In this document: positions 23,094 to 34,154 of the stretch, in pieces | How positions within the stretch are numbered: position 1 is the first letter of the stretch | Layout of the letters: the number at the start of each line of letters is the position of its first letter | Notes under the pieces: model-generated | Databases searched by the model: none | Told to the model about the DNA's origin: nothing | Seen by the model: the letters and a program-made list of their open reading frames with translations, nothing else | Position numbers and translations under genes: made by a program | From: Octopus bimaculoides | Lineage: Eukaryota | Direction: 5' to 3' | Assembly: GCF_001194135.2 (NCBI RefSeq) | Contig: NC_069007.1 | Coordinates: forward strand, 20,988,270-21,037,483 | DNA length: 49,214 nt

Positions 23094-26000
23094 NNNNNNN
23101 NNNNNNNNNNNNNNNNNNNNNNNNNNNNNNNNNNNNNGTTTCACTTTTTTAGAAAAAGATTATCAAAAGTCTTTGAGAATAATAAAAAATGTTAAAAAAC
23201 AGTTTGAGTATTAAAATGCATATATACATTCTTTGATGATAAAATATATTTAAAGTATAAAGCTTATATTATTTATATAGATATGGTGATAAATTGAATA
23301 TTAATTCAATTTAAAACCAAGTGGCCTAGCATATAAAAATATCTGAAAATTCAGAAAAAATTGTATTACATGTGTATAAGGGATGACCACTAGGTGGACA
23401 TCCAATATGCTAGAAAGAGGTCATCAAAGAAAATAATGTTCTCCAGAAAAATTTCTTCTGGAGAACATAATAGGCTTCTTTCAGTTTCTGTCTACCAAAA
23501 CTACCCACAAGCCTTTGGTCAGCCTTAGTTTATAGTAGAAGACACTTGCCCTAGATACCATGCAGTGGGACTGAACCCATAACTATGTGGTTGGTAAGCA
23601 AGGTTATTACCACACAGCCACGCCTTTATGTGACATGCTTCAAGATATACTATTCCAAAAATCTAATTAATTTTTGTATGTTTTTAGAGAATTTCTAAAT
23701 ACCTTCAGCCTTCAATAATTCATACTGTTCATGATCATAACTGAAATCATAGTCATTATAAAATTGGTCGCTCACAGAAAGGTAACTGCTCAATGTATCA
23801 AAACGAGATTTCTTCACCAAGATGTTGCCATTTGTTAAAGGCTAAAAAGAAAAGAAAAAGATAAAATTAGATGACATTTATTCATTACTGCAATTCATTT
23901 GATAGCAACCCATACGTGACCACCACTTTGTAATAATTACAATTCCAGTCAAGTACCAGAGTTGGTGGAATTAATTAACTTCTATCCTTTCAAAATTGCT
24001 GATCATGTGTCAGGAACCATTCTTACATAGAGATTTCTCCAAGAGAGATGAAGGAATCATGATTCATTATTGAATAACCAACAAACAGATTATTTCTATT
24101 GTCATCATAAGATGATTAAAAAAAGACCTTCAGACGACCACAATTTCAGTGCCAGACCAAATATATCTGAAGACGAGAGTCTCTATAACAAGATTAGCAA
24201 TGTATTTCTAATTTCATAATTCATGTTATTCCATATTCTTCCGGTCACCTCCTCTCAAAACTGCTGGCCTTGTATCTAAATTCAAAGCAGTTAACTGATA
24301 TACTTCCTTGAAATATTTTAAAACGAAAAAGCATCATAGTTTGTTTGAAGCAGTGCCAAATGCAAATAACGTGAACATTTTGAAGAAGACCATTGAAGAC
24401 CATTGAAGACCATTGAAGACCATTGAAGACCATTGAAGAAGACCATTAAGCACTGCAGGTGATAAGCTATGCAAAATATTTAAGACGATGCCAATAAAGG
24501 CAAAGACAAGATATTGTTTCACCTAATATCATTTGTTTAACATTTCTATTATATTTTGGGAAAGATTCCCCTTATCAAATATAAGATAGAAAATATTCCA
24601 TAAGAATGTTATTGACAGGCCATTCTGGTAAGTTCTATCTTACATTTGATAAAAGAACTCTTTCCTCAAATATAATATAATAGAAACACTGAACACCCTA
24701 TATAAGGTGACACAGTATCTTGTTTTCGTTTTTATTTATTGGCATCACCTTACATATTTTACCGAACTTCACACCTGTGTTGCTTAAAGGTCTTTTCAAC
24801 AATATTTATACTTTAAAATGATTTTTACTGAGAAGTCAGGAAGGAATGGTTTGTCAGTAAATCTTTTACAGTTTCTTTTTGTTATTTACAGAACGAGGTA
24901 AATAACTTGAAACTCACTTCCAAACCCTGTTCTTGTTTGGTACGATCTTCACAAGTGGGAATCAGAGCACACCAACGGCAGTCAGTATCAGACAAAAATC
25001 CTCGATGAATAGGAGCGGCAGCTGTCAGTGCCAACTGAAGAACATTAAGAAAAATGGATAGAATGAAAAATAACATTACATGAAATAACATAAAATGCCT
25101 TCCTCAAAATTCTGATTAAAGGTAACGATATATTTAATATATGGTACGAGATTACAAAGTTCTCTCCCCTCATTTCTATTTTGGAACAATAATGTAATAA
25201 AGTTTTATGTTTTAACTCATTATAAAGCACTGGTGATGGTGCCACATAGAATGCACCAAATCCACCTACAAGGCTTTTGTTGGCCTGGGGCTATAATAAT
25301 AGACACTTGTCTAAGGTGTCATGCAGTGGGACTGAACCAGGAACCATGTAGTTGGGAAGCAAGCTTCTTATCACACAGTCACACCTCTTAACAAAAGAAT
25401 AGAGCAAAGCCTACCATAATTGGAGTAAGAGGTACCAGATTGTCAAAGAGATATACAGCTTCTTTCATATCAGCAGCTTGAAAAGTAACTTGTATAGAAC
25501 AACAACCAAGTCCGAATATTGGTGAGTCCATATAAATATATTCTGGTTTCAGACTTTTCTTCATTTCTTCATTGTCTCCATATTCGGACAAATCTTCTCC
25601 ATATGGCATTACGGTATTTTTATCTTTATAAACTGGAACAAAAAATTTGAGACGAAATCAGTTTTTAAGTCTGGCTCAACTTACTTCAATAACCAATAAA
25701 AGCTGGCTCAAATCACTTCAGTAACTAGTAAAATTAAGCTTAAATCACTTCCTTAACTAGGCTCAGATTAGTCCAGTCTTTAATTAGTTTATTAATCAAT
25801 AAAAATCAGGCATAAATTACTTCATTAACCAATGAAACCTAGTTCAAATCACTTTATAACCAGTAAAATTAAGCTTAAGCTTAACCAGGATCTATTTATC
25901 TATCAATTTGTGTGTGTCTGTTTGTCCCCTATCACTGCTTAATTACCAGTGCTGGTTTGTTTACATCCCTGTAATTTAGTGGTTCAGCAAAAAAGGAAAC

Positions 26001-28626
26001 AATAGAATAAATACCAAGCTTAAGAATTATAAGTACAAAAACCCTTTAAGGCGGTGCCCCTGCATGGCCACAGTAAAAAAAAAATAAACAAAAATAAACA
26101 ATATGAAAAACTGATGTAAAGTTTATTCTTTTACTTGTTTCAGCCATTTGACTGTGCCATGCTGGAGCACCAACTTCAAGGATATTTTTAGCCAAAGAAA
26201 TCGACCCCAGGACTTATTCTTTTGCCAAACCACTAAGTTACAGGGACATAAACACACAAAAATTGGTTGTCAAGCAACGGTGGGTGGACAGACACAAAGA
26301 CGCACACACATAAATACACTCACACACACACACACACACATATACGGTGGGCTTCTTTCAGTTTCTATCAACCAAATCCACTCACAAGGCTTTGGTTGGT
26401 CCAAGGCCATAGTAAAGAACACTTGCCCAAGGTGCCACATAGTGGGAATGAACCCAGAACCATGTGGTTGGGAAGCAAACTTCTTAACACACAGCCACAC
26501 TTGTGTAATTGTCTATATTTTGCAATCTCATTAATTAAAAAGATAATTAATTCTATGTTTAGTATACTTACTTGGGACATTGATAACAGTTTTACAGTTT
26601 CTTCTGTTTGCCATATTTTCAAAAATGTTTCTGGACACAAAAAAATATAAAATATTTATTTACATTATCTACATTTGACAGATATTTGTCCTCATCTTGT
26701 TTGTTGTTAACACAACGTTTCGGCTGATATACCCTCCAGCCTTCATCAGGTGTCTTGGGGAAATTTCGAACCTGAGTTCTCAGTCCTTAGGTATTTTTAT
26801 TACATGTCACCCCCTGTACTTAAGTGGTTTTATTTGACCAATTCCCAAATGTTGAAATGTAAACATTTAGAATACTTTATAGGCCATTAAATTGACTCCA
26901 GTACTTGACTGGTTATATTATACACACCATATTAAGTCCATATGAAAGCTAATCCTCTGCTATTACTGTTGATTTTATTGACCCTGAAGAGATGAAGGAC
27001 AAAGCTGACCTCATTGATGTACAGTTTAGCACCGGAATATATTAATATATTATTACTCGATTAATCTACTCCATCGGTCACAAATGACCAAGGGTGCACC
27101 TAAGAAGTTCCCCTCCAGGGTACAAGTTTGGGCGGAAAGTCACCTCACTGGCGAATGCACAACCTAAGGTTGTTGTTTTTATGGAAGACCAGCGGTTGTC
27201 CATGCATACCAGCCTCCCCACTCCACGTCACTGATGTTATCCAAGGGAAAGTCAAAGGGGCCGATACAGCTTGGCACCAGCGACATCGCAACTCATTTCT
27301 ACAGCTGAGTGAACTGGAACAACGTGAAATAAAGTGTTATAACGTGTTAGAAAATATATATAAAAAGGTAAATGGCTCACTTAAAGAACTCAAAGTGTGA
27401 ACCCAAGGCAGCGTCTGCTATAAAAACTGATTGGTGAATTCCAGTTGCTTGCTTGTTTGCTTCATAAGCAGGAAAAGAGAAATTAGGGCAACCCAATCTG
27501 AAATAGAAAAAAGTAAAAACTTTAATCCTTTAACATTCAGATTACTTTGCCAAATCCAATGTTTATTCATTTGCATTATTTTGAATTAATCTTGTATTAT
27601 CTCATAGCTTTCAGAATTCGATGATGTAATTATCTATTTTTAGAATGACATTGTAACATAGGTGTAAGAGGCCAGATCTGGTCATTTTCAACATAAAGCA
27701 AGTACAATATTTGGGCTAAATATGGCTGGTTTAAACGTGAAGGGTTAAACCAGTTATTTCTATTGTTGTTGTTGTTATTGGGTCCTCATGGTCAATAAAG
27801 GAAGTATTATTATTGCTATTATTATTATTTCTTTATTGCCCACAAGGGGCTAAACAAAGAGGGGACAAACAAAGACAGACAAAGGGATTAAGTCAATTAT
27901 ATCGACCCCAGTGTGTAACTGGTACTTATTTAATCGACCTCGAAAGGATGAAAGGCAAAGTCGACCTCGGCGGAATTTGAACTCAGAACGTAACGGCAGA
28001 CAAAATACCGTTAAGCATTTCGCCCGGTGTGCTAACGATTCTGCCAGCTCACCGCCTTATTTTATTGCTATTATTATTATCATTATTATTAATCAGTTGT
28101 AATGTACAAGAGAAAAGCCATCTGGTGGTGTTGGCCACCAGCAAAGAAATGTAATTCAGCTATCTTCGCTATGCTACAGATGTATAAATATTTACATAAT
28201 AAAAGGAAAATATTCAAATTTAAAACCTGAATTAATAATTAATAAAAAACAAACTCATAAACAAATATTTATGTAAAAAAAAAAACAGGCATACTCGTAA
28301 ATATTTCACTTACCTTGGAAAAGTTGTTAAAGTAACCAGACTTTGGTTTGGACCCAACAATTGTTTCAGTGATTTACGCCTAAAATATTAACAAGATGGA
28401 TTCTTGATGTGAGTGTCATGAAACTGAACAAAATTATTATTATTATTGTTATTATTCAGGTGACTGCCTGGAATCGAACTCGGAATCTTGGGGTTAGTAG
28501 CCCGTGCACTTAACCACTATGACATATGCCCATGGGTATTTGGCGTAGTGGTTAAGAGCACAGGCTATTAACCGTAAGATTCCGATCTCGATTCCAGGCA
28601 GTGACCTGAATAATAACAATAATAAC

Positions 28627-28657
<31 letters not shown>

Positions 28658-28894
28658 TTACCTTATGTGAGTCATCAAGATGTCGAAATAATAATAATAA
28701 TAATAACAATAATAATAATAGATAGAGAGAAGAGTTCTTTACTTTTGTATACGATTGACCTGTTGAAGGCACACGAGATGCCGAAATATATTAAAAGATA
28801 TTAAAAAAAAAAAAGTCAATTGTATACAAAAGTAAAGAACTCGTCTCTCTATCTATTACATTTCTGCTGAGTTACTTCAGTCCTTTATATAAAC

Positions 28895-28926
<32 letters not shown>

Positions 28927-29363
28927 TTGAAAAATACCTTATGACTGAGAACCCAGGTTCAAAATTTCCCCAGGACACGTGATGAAGGCTGGAGGGTATA
29001 TCAGCCGAAATGTTGTGTTAACAACAAACAAGATGAGGACAAATATCCATCAAATGTAAATAATGTAAATAATGAACAATGTTATTGTTTACGAAATACA
29101 CAACATGGACTATAAGTAAACAAAACGTTGAATATTTGTGTATAAATGTAAATAAAGTAAATTCAAAATATTATTGTTACCTTTCTTTAAAATAATCTTC
29201 TATACGATTCAGATCAGTCAAGGAGCTACCAAAAGGATTCCTGGGTTTGCCTTCCATCGTAAATTCAGCACATTCTGGGGTCCACAAGCTTTAATATTTT
29301 TTGTTTTAAAAAGAGAAACTATATTTAGGAAACCAAAAATTAAGAAAGTGTTAAAAGTGGTGG

Positions 29364-29407
<44 letters not shown>

Positions 29408-29518
29408 AGGAGGAGGAGGAAGAGGAGGGTGATGGTGATAAGGACAACAATGGAGGACTGTATCCTCCCATGACACACAATAGTGGGCAAAGAAGATGGA
29501 TGGATTTATCTATATCTA

Positions 29519-29565
<47 letters not shown>

Positions 29566-29567
29566 GC

Positions 29568-29621
<54 letters not shown>

Positions 29622-30555
29622 GTCAATCTATCTGAAGAAGTTGAGAAATTGACCAGAGAGGAAAGTGTTTGTCTGTAGACCTTTCAGACGCGTCCACCAT
29701 ACACATTCTTTCGCCATAGCCACAAGTACGATGAAATTGGCTCTTCCTTCTCGTTTCAAGGAAGGAGGTGCGACAATATTCATGATAGACTCGGTTGATA
29801 AACCGACTCGTCCCACACGCGATAGCAGTCATTCGACATAGACCCACAGGTCGGAAATGGTTGGACACTGTACGAGTGCATGCAGAACAGTTTCATCGCT
29901 CTGACCACATCTCGAGCAGGCCGGCCCCATGTTTCTTGAGCCATGCCTGTAGAGCCTATCCCGAATGGGTAGAGACAGACAGACAGATAGATAGATTGAC
30001 AGACAGACAGATAGATTGACAGATAGATATGTTTCTTTATTGGTGACACAGGGCTGAACACAGAAATAGTGGATGTGGGGTAGAGATGATGGATGGACCA
30101 ATAATTATACTCACCATGATTCTAATCCTTTTACTTCAGGAGATGCAAGTAAAGATGTAGCAGTCAACAGTAACTGGACAACACGTTTCTCATGGTCAAA
30201 TCGTATTAACGTATATTCAGTCTAAAAGAGAAATCAGACCATTTATTGCAAAATACCATACATGAGAATGGAGGGTGTTGCTGAAGAGGTCACATTAAAA
30301 GATAAAAGATATATAAAGATTAGTTTCCAATTTTTCTAAACTCAAGAATTTGTATAAAATCAACAAGTTTTCTTTATCTCTCTTTCTCTATCAAGCTACA
30401 CCTACCTCGTCACCCCAATAAAATGGATAATTCTTTTTGTCCTTATATCTCCTATACAGATGAACAAACTGCAGTCTTGCTTGTTTCTTGACACATGGAA
30501 TATAGGGTTTAATCTCTTCCCATGTCATTAGGGTACCCTCCGAAATAATGACCAT
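19090..30555 (-). CDS. Glutamate-cysteine ligase catalytic subunit-like protein (divergent GCLC paralog candidate), 16 coding exons, 606 aa
   Basis: All 16 exons have GT-AG ends and consistent phase (total 1821 nt, no internal stop); motifs WGDE.EY, PE...MEG, FPRLGCP, YMD..FG.G...Q, DCRW, KSR, RDP, NW, EFR align with GCLC/Gsh1. Confidence 0.93.
19689..19806 (-). CDS. GCLC-like exon 15 (DDFPGLIP...KAA)
   Basis: 118 nt, AG/GT ends. Confidence 0.92.
20168..20238 (-). CDS. GCLC-like exon 14 (...YTLMTINDIMNGK)
   Basis: 71 nt, AG/GT ends. Confidence 0.92.
20819..20900 (-). CDS. GCLC-like exon 13 (VEENI..AQKRDA...FYFKKD)
   Basis: 82 nt, AG/GT ends. Confidence 0.92.
21669..21773 (-). CDS. GCLC-like exon 12 (LQLTDFEN...IPITK)
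   Basis: 105 nt, AG/GT ends. Confidence 0.92.
22117..22203 (-). CDS. GCLC-like exon 11 (TIIGSNWH...WKIEFRTME)
   Basis: 87 nt, AG/GT ends. Confidence 0.92.
22810..22922 (-). CDS. GCLC-like exon 10 (VDEMMAK...IRDP...DHIQ)
   Basis: 113 nt, AG/GT ends. Confidence 0.92.
23480..23625 (-). mobile_element. SINE family B head region (similar partial copies at about 21950-22055 and 25255-25385)
   Basis: TAGTAGAAGACACTTGCCC...GCAGTGGGACTGAACCC...CCACACAGCCAC. Confidence 0.7.
23703..23841 (-). CDS. GCLC-like exon 9 (PLTNG...KSRFD...)
   Basis: 139 nt, AG/GT ends. Confidence 0.92.
24385..24450. repeat. 10-bp tandem repeat (GACCATTGAA)n, about 6 units
   Basis: Direct inspection. Confidence 0.9.
24918..25034 (-). 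CDS. GCLC-like exon 8 (LALTAAAP...DCRW...GLE)
   Basis: 117 nt, AG/GT ends. Confidence 0.93.
25415..25632 (-). CDS. GCLC-like exon 7 (YKDKNT...YMDSPIFGLGCCSIQ...PIM)
   Basis: 218 nt, AG/GT ends. Confidence 0.93.
25669..25875. repeat. Degenerate ~33-bp tandem repeat (CTGGCTCAAATCACTTCAATAACCAATAAAA-like)
   Basis: About 5-6 imperfect units visible. Confidence 0.65.
26125..26500 (-). mobile_element. Full-length SINE family B/C with internal (CA)n
   Basis: tRNA-like head GTGGCTGTGTGTTAAG...GGTTCATTCCC and tail as at 31067-31430. Confidence 0.8.
26572..26630 (-). CDS. GCLC-like exon 6 (NIFENMANRR...VINVP)
   Basis: 59 nt, AG/GT ends. Confidence 0.9.
26655..26800 (-). mobile_element. Family D tail (5'-truncated) containing an intact hammerhead
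   Basis: Near-identical to 28925-29075 and 18690-18830. Confidence 0.8.
26709..26754 (-). ncRNA. Minimal type-I hammerhead ribozyme, complete core
   Basis: GACAC-CTGATGA-A-GGCTG(GAGGGTATAT)CAGCC-GAA-ACGT-T/GTGTT. Confidence 0.75.
27381..27497 (-). CDS. GCLC-like exon 5 (LGCPNF...SHFEFF)
   Basis: 117 nt, AG/GT ends. Confidence 0.9.
27835..28060 (-). mobile_element. SINE family A, full length
   Basis: Head GGCGGTGAGCTGGCAGAATCGTTAGC, B-box GAGTTCAAATTCC. Confidence 0.85.
28314..28379 (-). CDS. GCLC-like exon 4 (RKSLKQLL...TTFP)
   Basis: 66 nt, AG/GT ends. Confidence 0.9.
28456..29075. mobile_element. Family D element with inverted duplicated tRNA-like heads (28456-28523 -, 28540-28609 +), a nested foldback insert, and a tail with a decayed hammerhead (28974-29019)
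   Basis: TGGCGTAGTGGTTAAGAGC...CTCGATTCCAGGCAGTGACC and its reverse complement lie back to back; tail GACACGTGATGAAGGCTG...CAGCCGAAATGTTGTGTT. Confidence 0.75.
29181..29288 (-). CDS. GCLC-like exon 3 (LWTPECAEFTMEG...)
   Basis: 108 nt; acceptor is weak but is the only in-frame one. Confidence 0.82.
29630..29975 (-). mobile_element. L1/Tx1-clade LINE ORF2 C-terminal relic (zf-RVT)
   Basis: LPIRDRLYRHG...CSRCGQSDETVLHALVQC...LW...MAKECVWWTR: CCHC knuckle of Tx1/L1 ORF2. Confidence 0.8.
30115..30221 (-). CDS. GCLC-like exon 2 (TEYTLIRFDHE...)
   Basis: 107 nt, AG/GT ends. Confidence 0.9.
30406..30555 (-). CDS. GCLC-like exon 1 (MVIISEG...YWGDE)
   Basis: 150 nt, donor gtaggt. Confidence 0.9.
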
Positions 30556-31066
30556 CTTTATTTTGACTGACAAATGAATCTTTCAACCAGATTTTCTTTC
30601 TTAGATCTTCTCTGTTCAGTTAGGACTGAAAATAGAAATAAAAGAAAAGAAAATGGTAAATTTTAACTTGTAAAACCTTTTGATTCCATAGAAATATTCT
30701 CTTCTACTCTCGGCACAAGGCCTGAAATTTTGGGGGAGGAGCCCAGTCAATTAGATCGACTGTTGCAGGTGAAGATAGCAGAAAATGAAGACTTTGTCAT
30801 TATCAAACCAGTGTTTGGGACAAAAATTAACATGGAATTTTGATGGAAAGTTTGAATTTAGATCTCTTTAATCTTTCATTACTGCTTTTTTATTTTTTTC
30901 CTTTTGAAATACAATCTTTATTTCAATTAATTTTGAAAATAATGTAGAATTTAGTAAAATAAGTCGTTATTTCTGTGGTGTTTGGAACATAAATAAACCA
31001 ACATGAAATTTTGGTAGAAGTTTTTAATTTGAATTACTTTCAAAAACAGAAAGTTTNNNNNNNNNN

Positions 31067-31430
31067 TACTCTTTTACTTGTTTCAGGCTTTTGACTGTGG
31101 CCATGCTGGAGCACCGCCTTTTAGTCGAGCAAATCGACCCCAGGACTTATTCTTTAGAAGCCTAGTACTTATTCTATCGATCTATTTTGTCAAGCGATGG
31201 TGGGGGGACAAACACACACATACAAACATACACACACACATACATATATATATATACATATATACGACGGGCTTCTTTCAGTTTCCGTCTACCAAATCCA
31301 CTCACAAGGCTTTGGTCAGCCCGAGGCTATAGTAGAAGACACTTGCCCAAGATGCCGCGCAGTGGGACTGAACCCGGGACCATGTGGTTGGTAAGCTAGC
31401 TACTTACCACACAGCCACTCCTACGCCTAT
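31067..31430 (-). mobile_element. Full-length SINE family B/C
   Basis: Head GGCGTAGGAGTGGCTGTGTGGTAAG...GGGTTCAGTCCC, internal (TA/CA)n, tail GGCCACAGTCAAAAGCCTGAAACAAGTAAAAGAG. Confidence 0.85.
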
Positions 31431-32319
31431 ATCTCTTTAACTTTTCATTACAGATTTTTTTCTTGAAGTACATTGTCTTTATTTCAATTAATTTTGAAAA
31501 TAATGTAGAATTTAGTAAAATAAGTCGTTATTTCTGTGGTGTTTGGAACATAAATAAACCAACATGAAATTTTGGTAGAAGTTTTTAATTTGAATTACTT
31601 TCAAAAACAGAAAGTTTGATTATAGAGCCAGGAACAATCTGATATGGATTGGAATCAAAAGACTTAATCAAAGTCTGAATTGTTATATAATTAAACTAAT
31701 TCTCTGTAAGATATTAATTGAACGTCTTACAGATACAGAGGACGAATAATAACTCATTAATTAAAAAAAGCTCACCTCAAATATTCAAAGCTGTCCTATG
31801 TTTTAGTTGCAGTTTTTTACCAGTTGCCACATAAACATTAATTCACAATGTCACAGCAGAAATCTGTTCCTCATATAGTCTCTGAATTATTTATCAAAGC
31901 CTGTAGCATCAAATTACAGTTAAAAAAATAGGTTAAAATCAAAATAGAATTAAAAAAACTGGGTTACATTTTGAAATACTATTTGTTGTTAGTATTCCTC
32001 CCTCCCTCCCATGAAGGCCATTCATTAACTAATTTTTCTGGCTGCTTCTACCAAACATTTGCCAACACGGAGCAGATGAAATGAGGTTATCAATACAGCA
32101 CACACACACACACAAGTTGCAATTACATGATATGCATAAATATAGCCATTCTAGTTGTTTTGGGACCCCGCCCCTTTTACACATACATCTAGGTTGTACT
32201 TTAAGTTTACCATCATCATCATCATCTTGTCATTGTCACTTCCTCATCGTCATCATCATCATCAACTTCATAATCACTGTCATTGCCATCATCTACATCA
32301 TCATTACGGTCACCATCTT

Positions 32320-32540
32320 TGTCGTCATTATTTGACATCTGCCTTCCATGCTGGGATGGCTTGGACAGTTTGACAGGATTTGACAGTTCCAAGGACTACA
32401 TCACACTCCACTGTCTTGCTTTGGCAGGGTTTCTACAGCTTGGATGCCCTTTCTAACAACAACCACTTTGCCACAAATACTGGGTCCCTTTTTTTTTTAT
32501 GGCACCAGCACTAGTGAGGTCACTTGGCAGCAGCTTGCAA
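32320..32540 (-). mobile_element. RTE-associated 3' end relic
   Basis: TTTCTACAGCTTGGATGCCCTTTCTAAC motif. Confidence 0.55.
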
Positions 32541-34154
32541 GACTAAGTCTCCTTTTGACTGAGTAGGGTTACAGTAGAGATGGATGCAGAGGGATGTGGT
32601 TTTATGCTACAAGAAAAAAGGGTCAAAGATTGAGATAAGGGGATAGAACAGAACATGCTGCGGAGAAGCTACATGGCTAAATTAGATATATTTTGTTAAA
32701 ATTAAAATATTATTTTTAAATTGGAATATTTTATACCAAAAATGTAGTTACTGTTGCGTTATCTAGCCACGAAAACCCAATAAAATACATCAACTATCCC
32801 TGAAATGATACTATATCTTGGCCCTATATTGGTCACAAATTTTGGTACAGGGCCAGCAGTTTCAGGGAAGGGGCTAAATCAATTACATTGACCCCAGTAT
32901 TCAACTGGTACTTATTTAAAATCATTATATTGCAAATATTGCATCGTCTTTTGGAGTAAAAAATTTGTCAGCATAATTGGTTAGTAAAAGTTGAGATAAT
33001 TTGGAACACAGTCATGCAACAGGTAGTTGTTTTCCAAGAAATGTTTCCTCAAATTTGACCTGATTGTAATTGAGGTTGCTAATAGAATATTTGGATAATT
33101 TTTGGTGTTTAATAATTAAAATTCTTTTCTCTGTTGGATTTCAAGTCAATCTTTTCCCACACTAATATCTAATTTGATAATTTTCAAGTTTCAAAAAAAT
33201 GATGTCTAAATTGGGGCAAAATGAGTAATGACATTTCACTAAATTCTTCTCTTTAACTGCATCGTGTGTAAACATGTTGGGAAGAGAGTCACTCCAGTGG
33301 ACCGTGAAGAAGCTGTAGAGAATTATTTCATGACTTTTTTTTATATTATTTAGTTGAGTTCCATTAATTTCATATCATTTGCCGTTTTTCACAGACTGTC
33401 TTTCATTTGACCGAAATATTTGAAATCTCTGTTGCATTTCTGATCTTTCTGGTGTCCAAGAATATCGTTTGCATGGGTCTTTTTCAAATGTAATTCTTGA
33501 AGAATAAAGAAACAAATTTACATTATGCTGCTTTACTAATTTTGCCCCAGCTAAATTTGTCTTTTACATACTCAAAGAGAACAGTGACAATTTTCTGAAA
33601 TAGTGTTTTAATTATGTTATCAGGTTTTAAATGCATTTAAAGAATGTCATTTGTTTTACTGATATAATTTTTGTAAGGTTGTGAACATTTTTGAAGAATG
33701 CATTCAGTAAAAACACATCATTGTGCCCCCCCCCCAACTTCTATATGTCATTTAATTTATACAATATTTAAATATGAGCTGTGAATTCTATCATGCTGGG
33801 CAAAAACAATAATCCGGGAGACTTACATAACATGCTTTGCGTTTGCAAGCAATCCTTCAGGCTCGAATACTCATGGCTGGTTTTATTTGGAAATCGATAT
33901 ACTAGTCTGTGAGAAAACACAAGGTAAGCAAGAAGATGGTGGATGCAAAAAGTGGAATGAGCAAAGGTGGAACGAGTAAAAGAAACGGAAAATGAAAGTA
34001 AGTCGAGAGTTGCGTACCTTTATCCATCAAAGCCATAGTAAATCCCATCTATTGTGGAACAATAAACCAGACACACACAAACACGCGCGCATTCACAGGC
34101 ACTGACTCGCATACACACACACATGCACAAACTCTCACACACACACACGCACAC

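Noticed and set aside
30915-31617. 142-bp identical direct repeat (30915-31056 and 31476-31617) flanking a SINE
   Set aside because: One copy ends exactly at a 10-N gap and the copies are identical, so this is most likely a scaffolding overlap artefact rather than a long TSD.
32930-33740. AT-rich segment with hints of a decayed DNA transposase
   Set aside because: No continuous translation with DDE or HTH motifs could be recovered.
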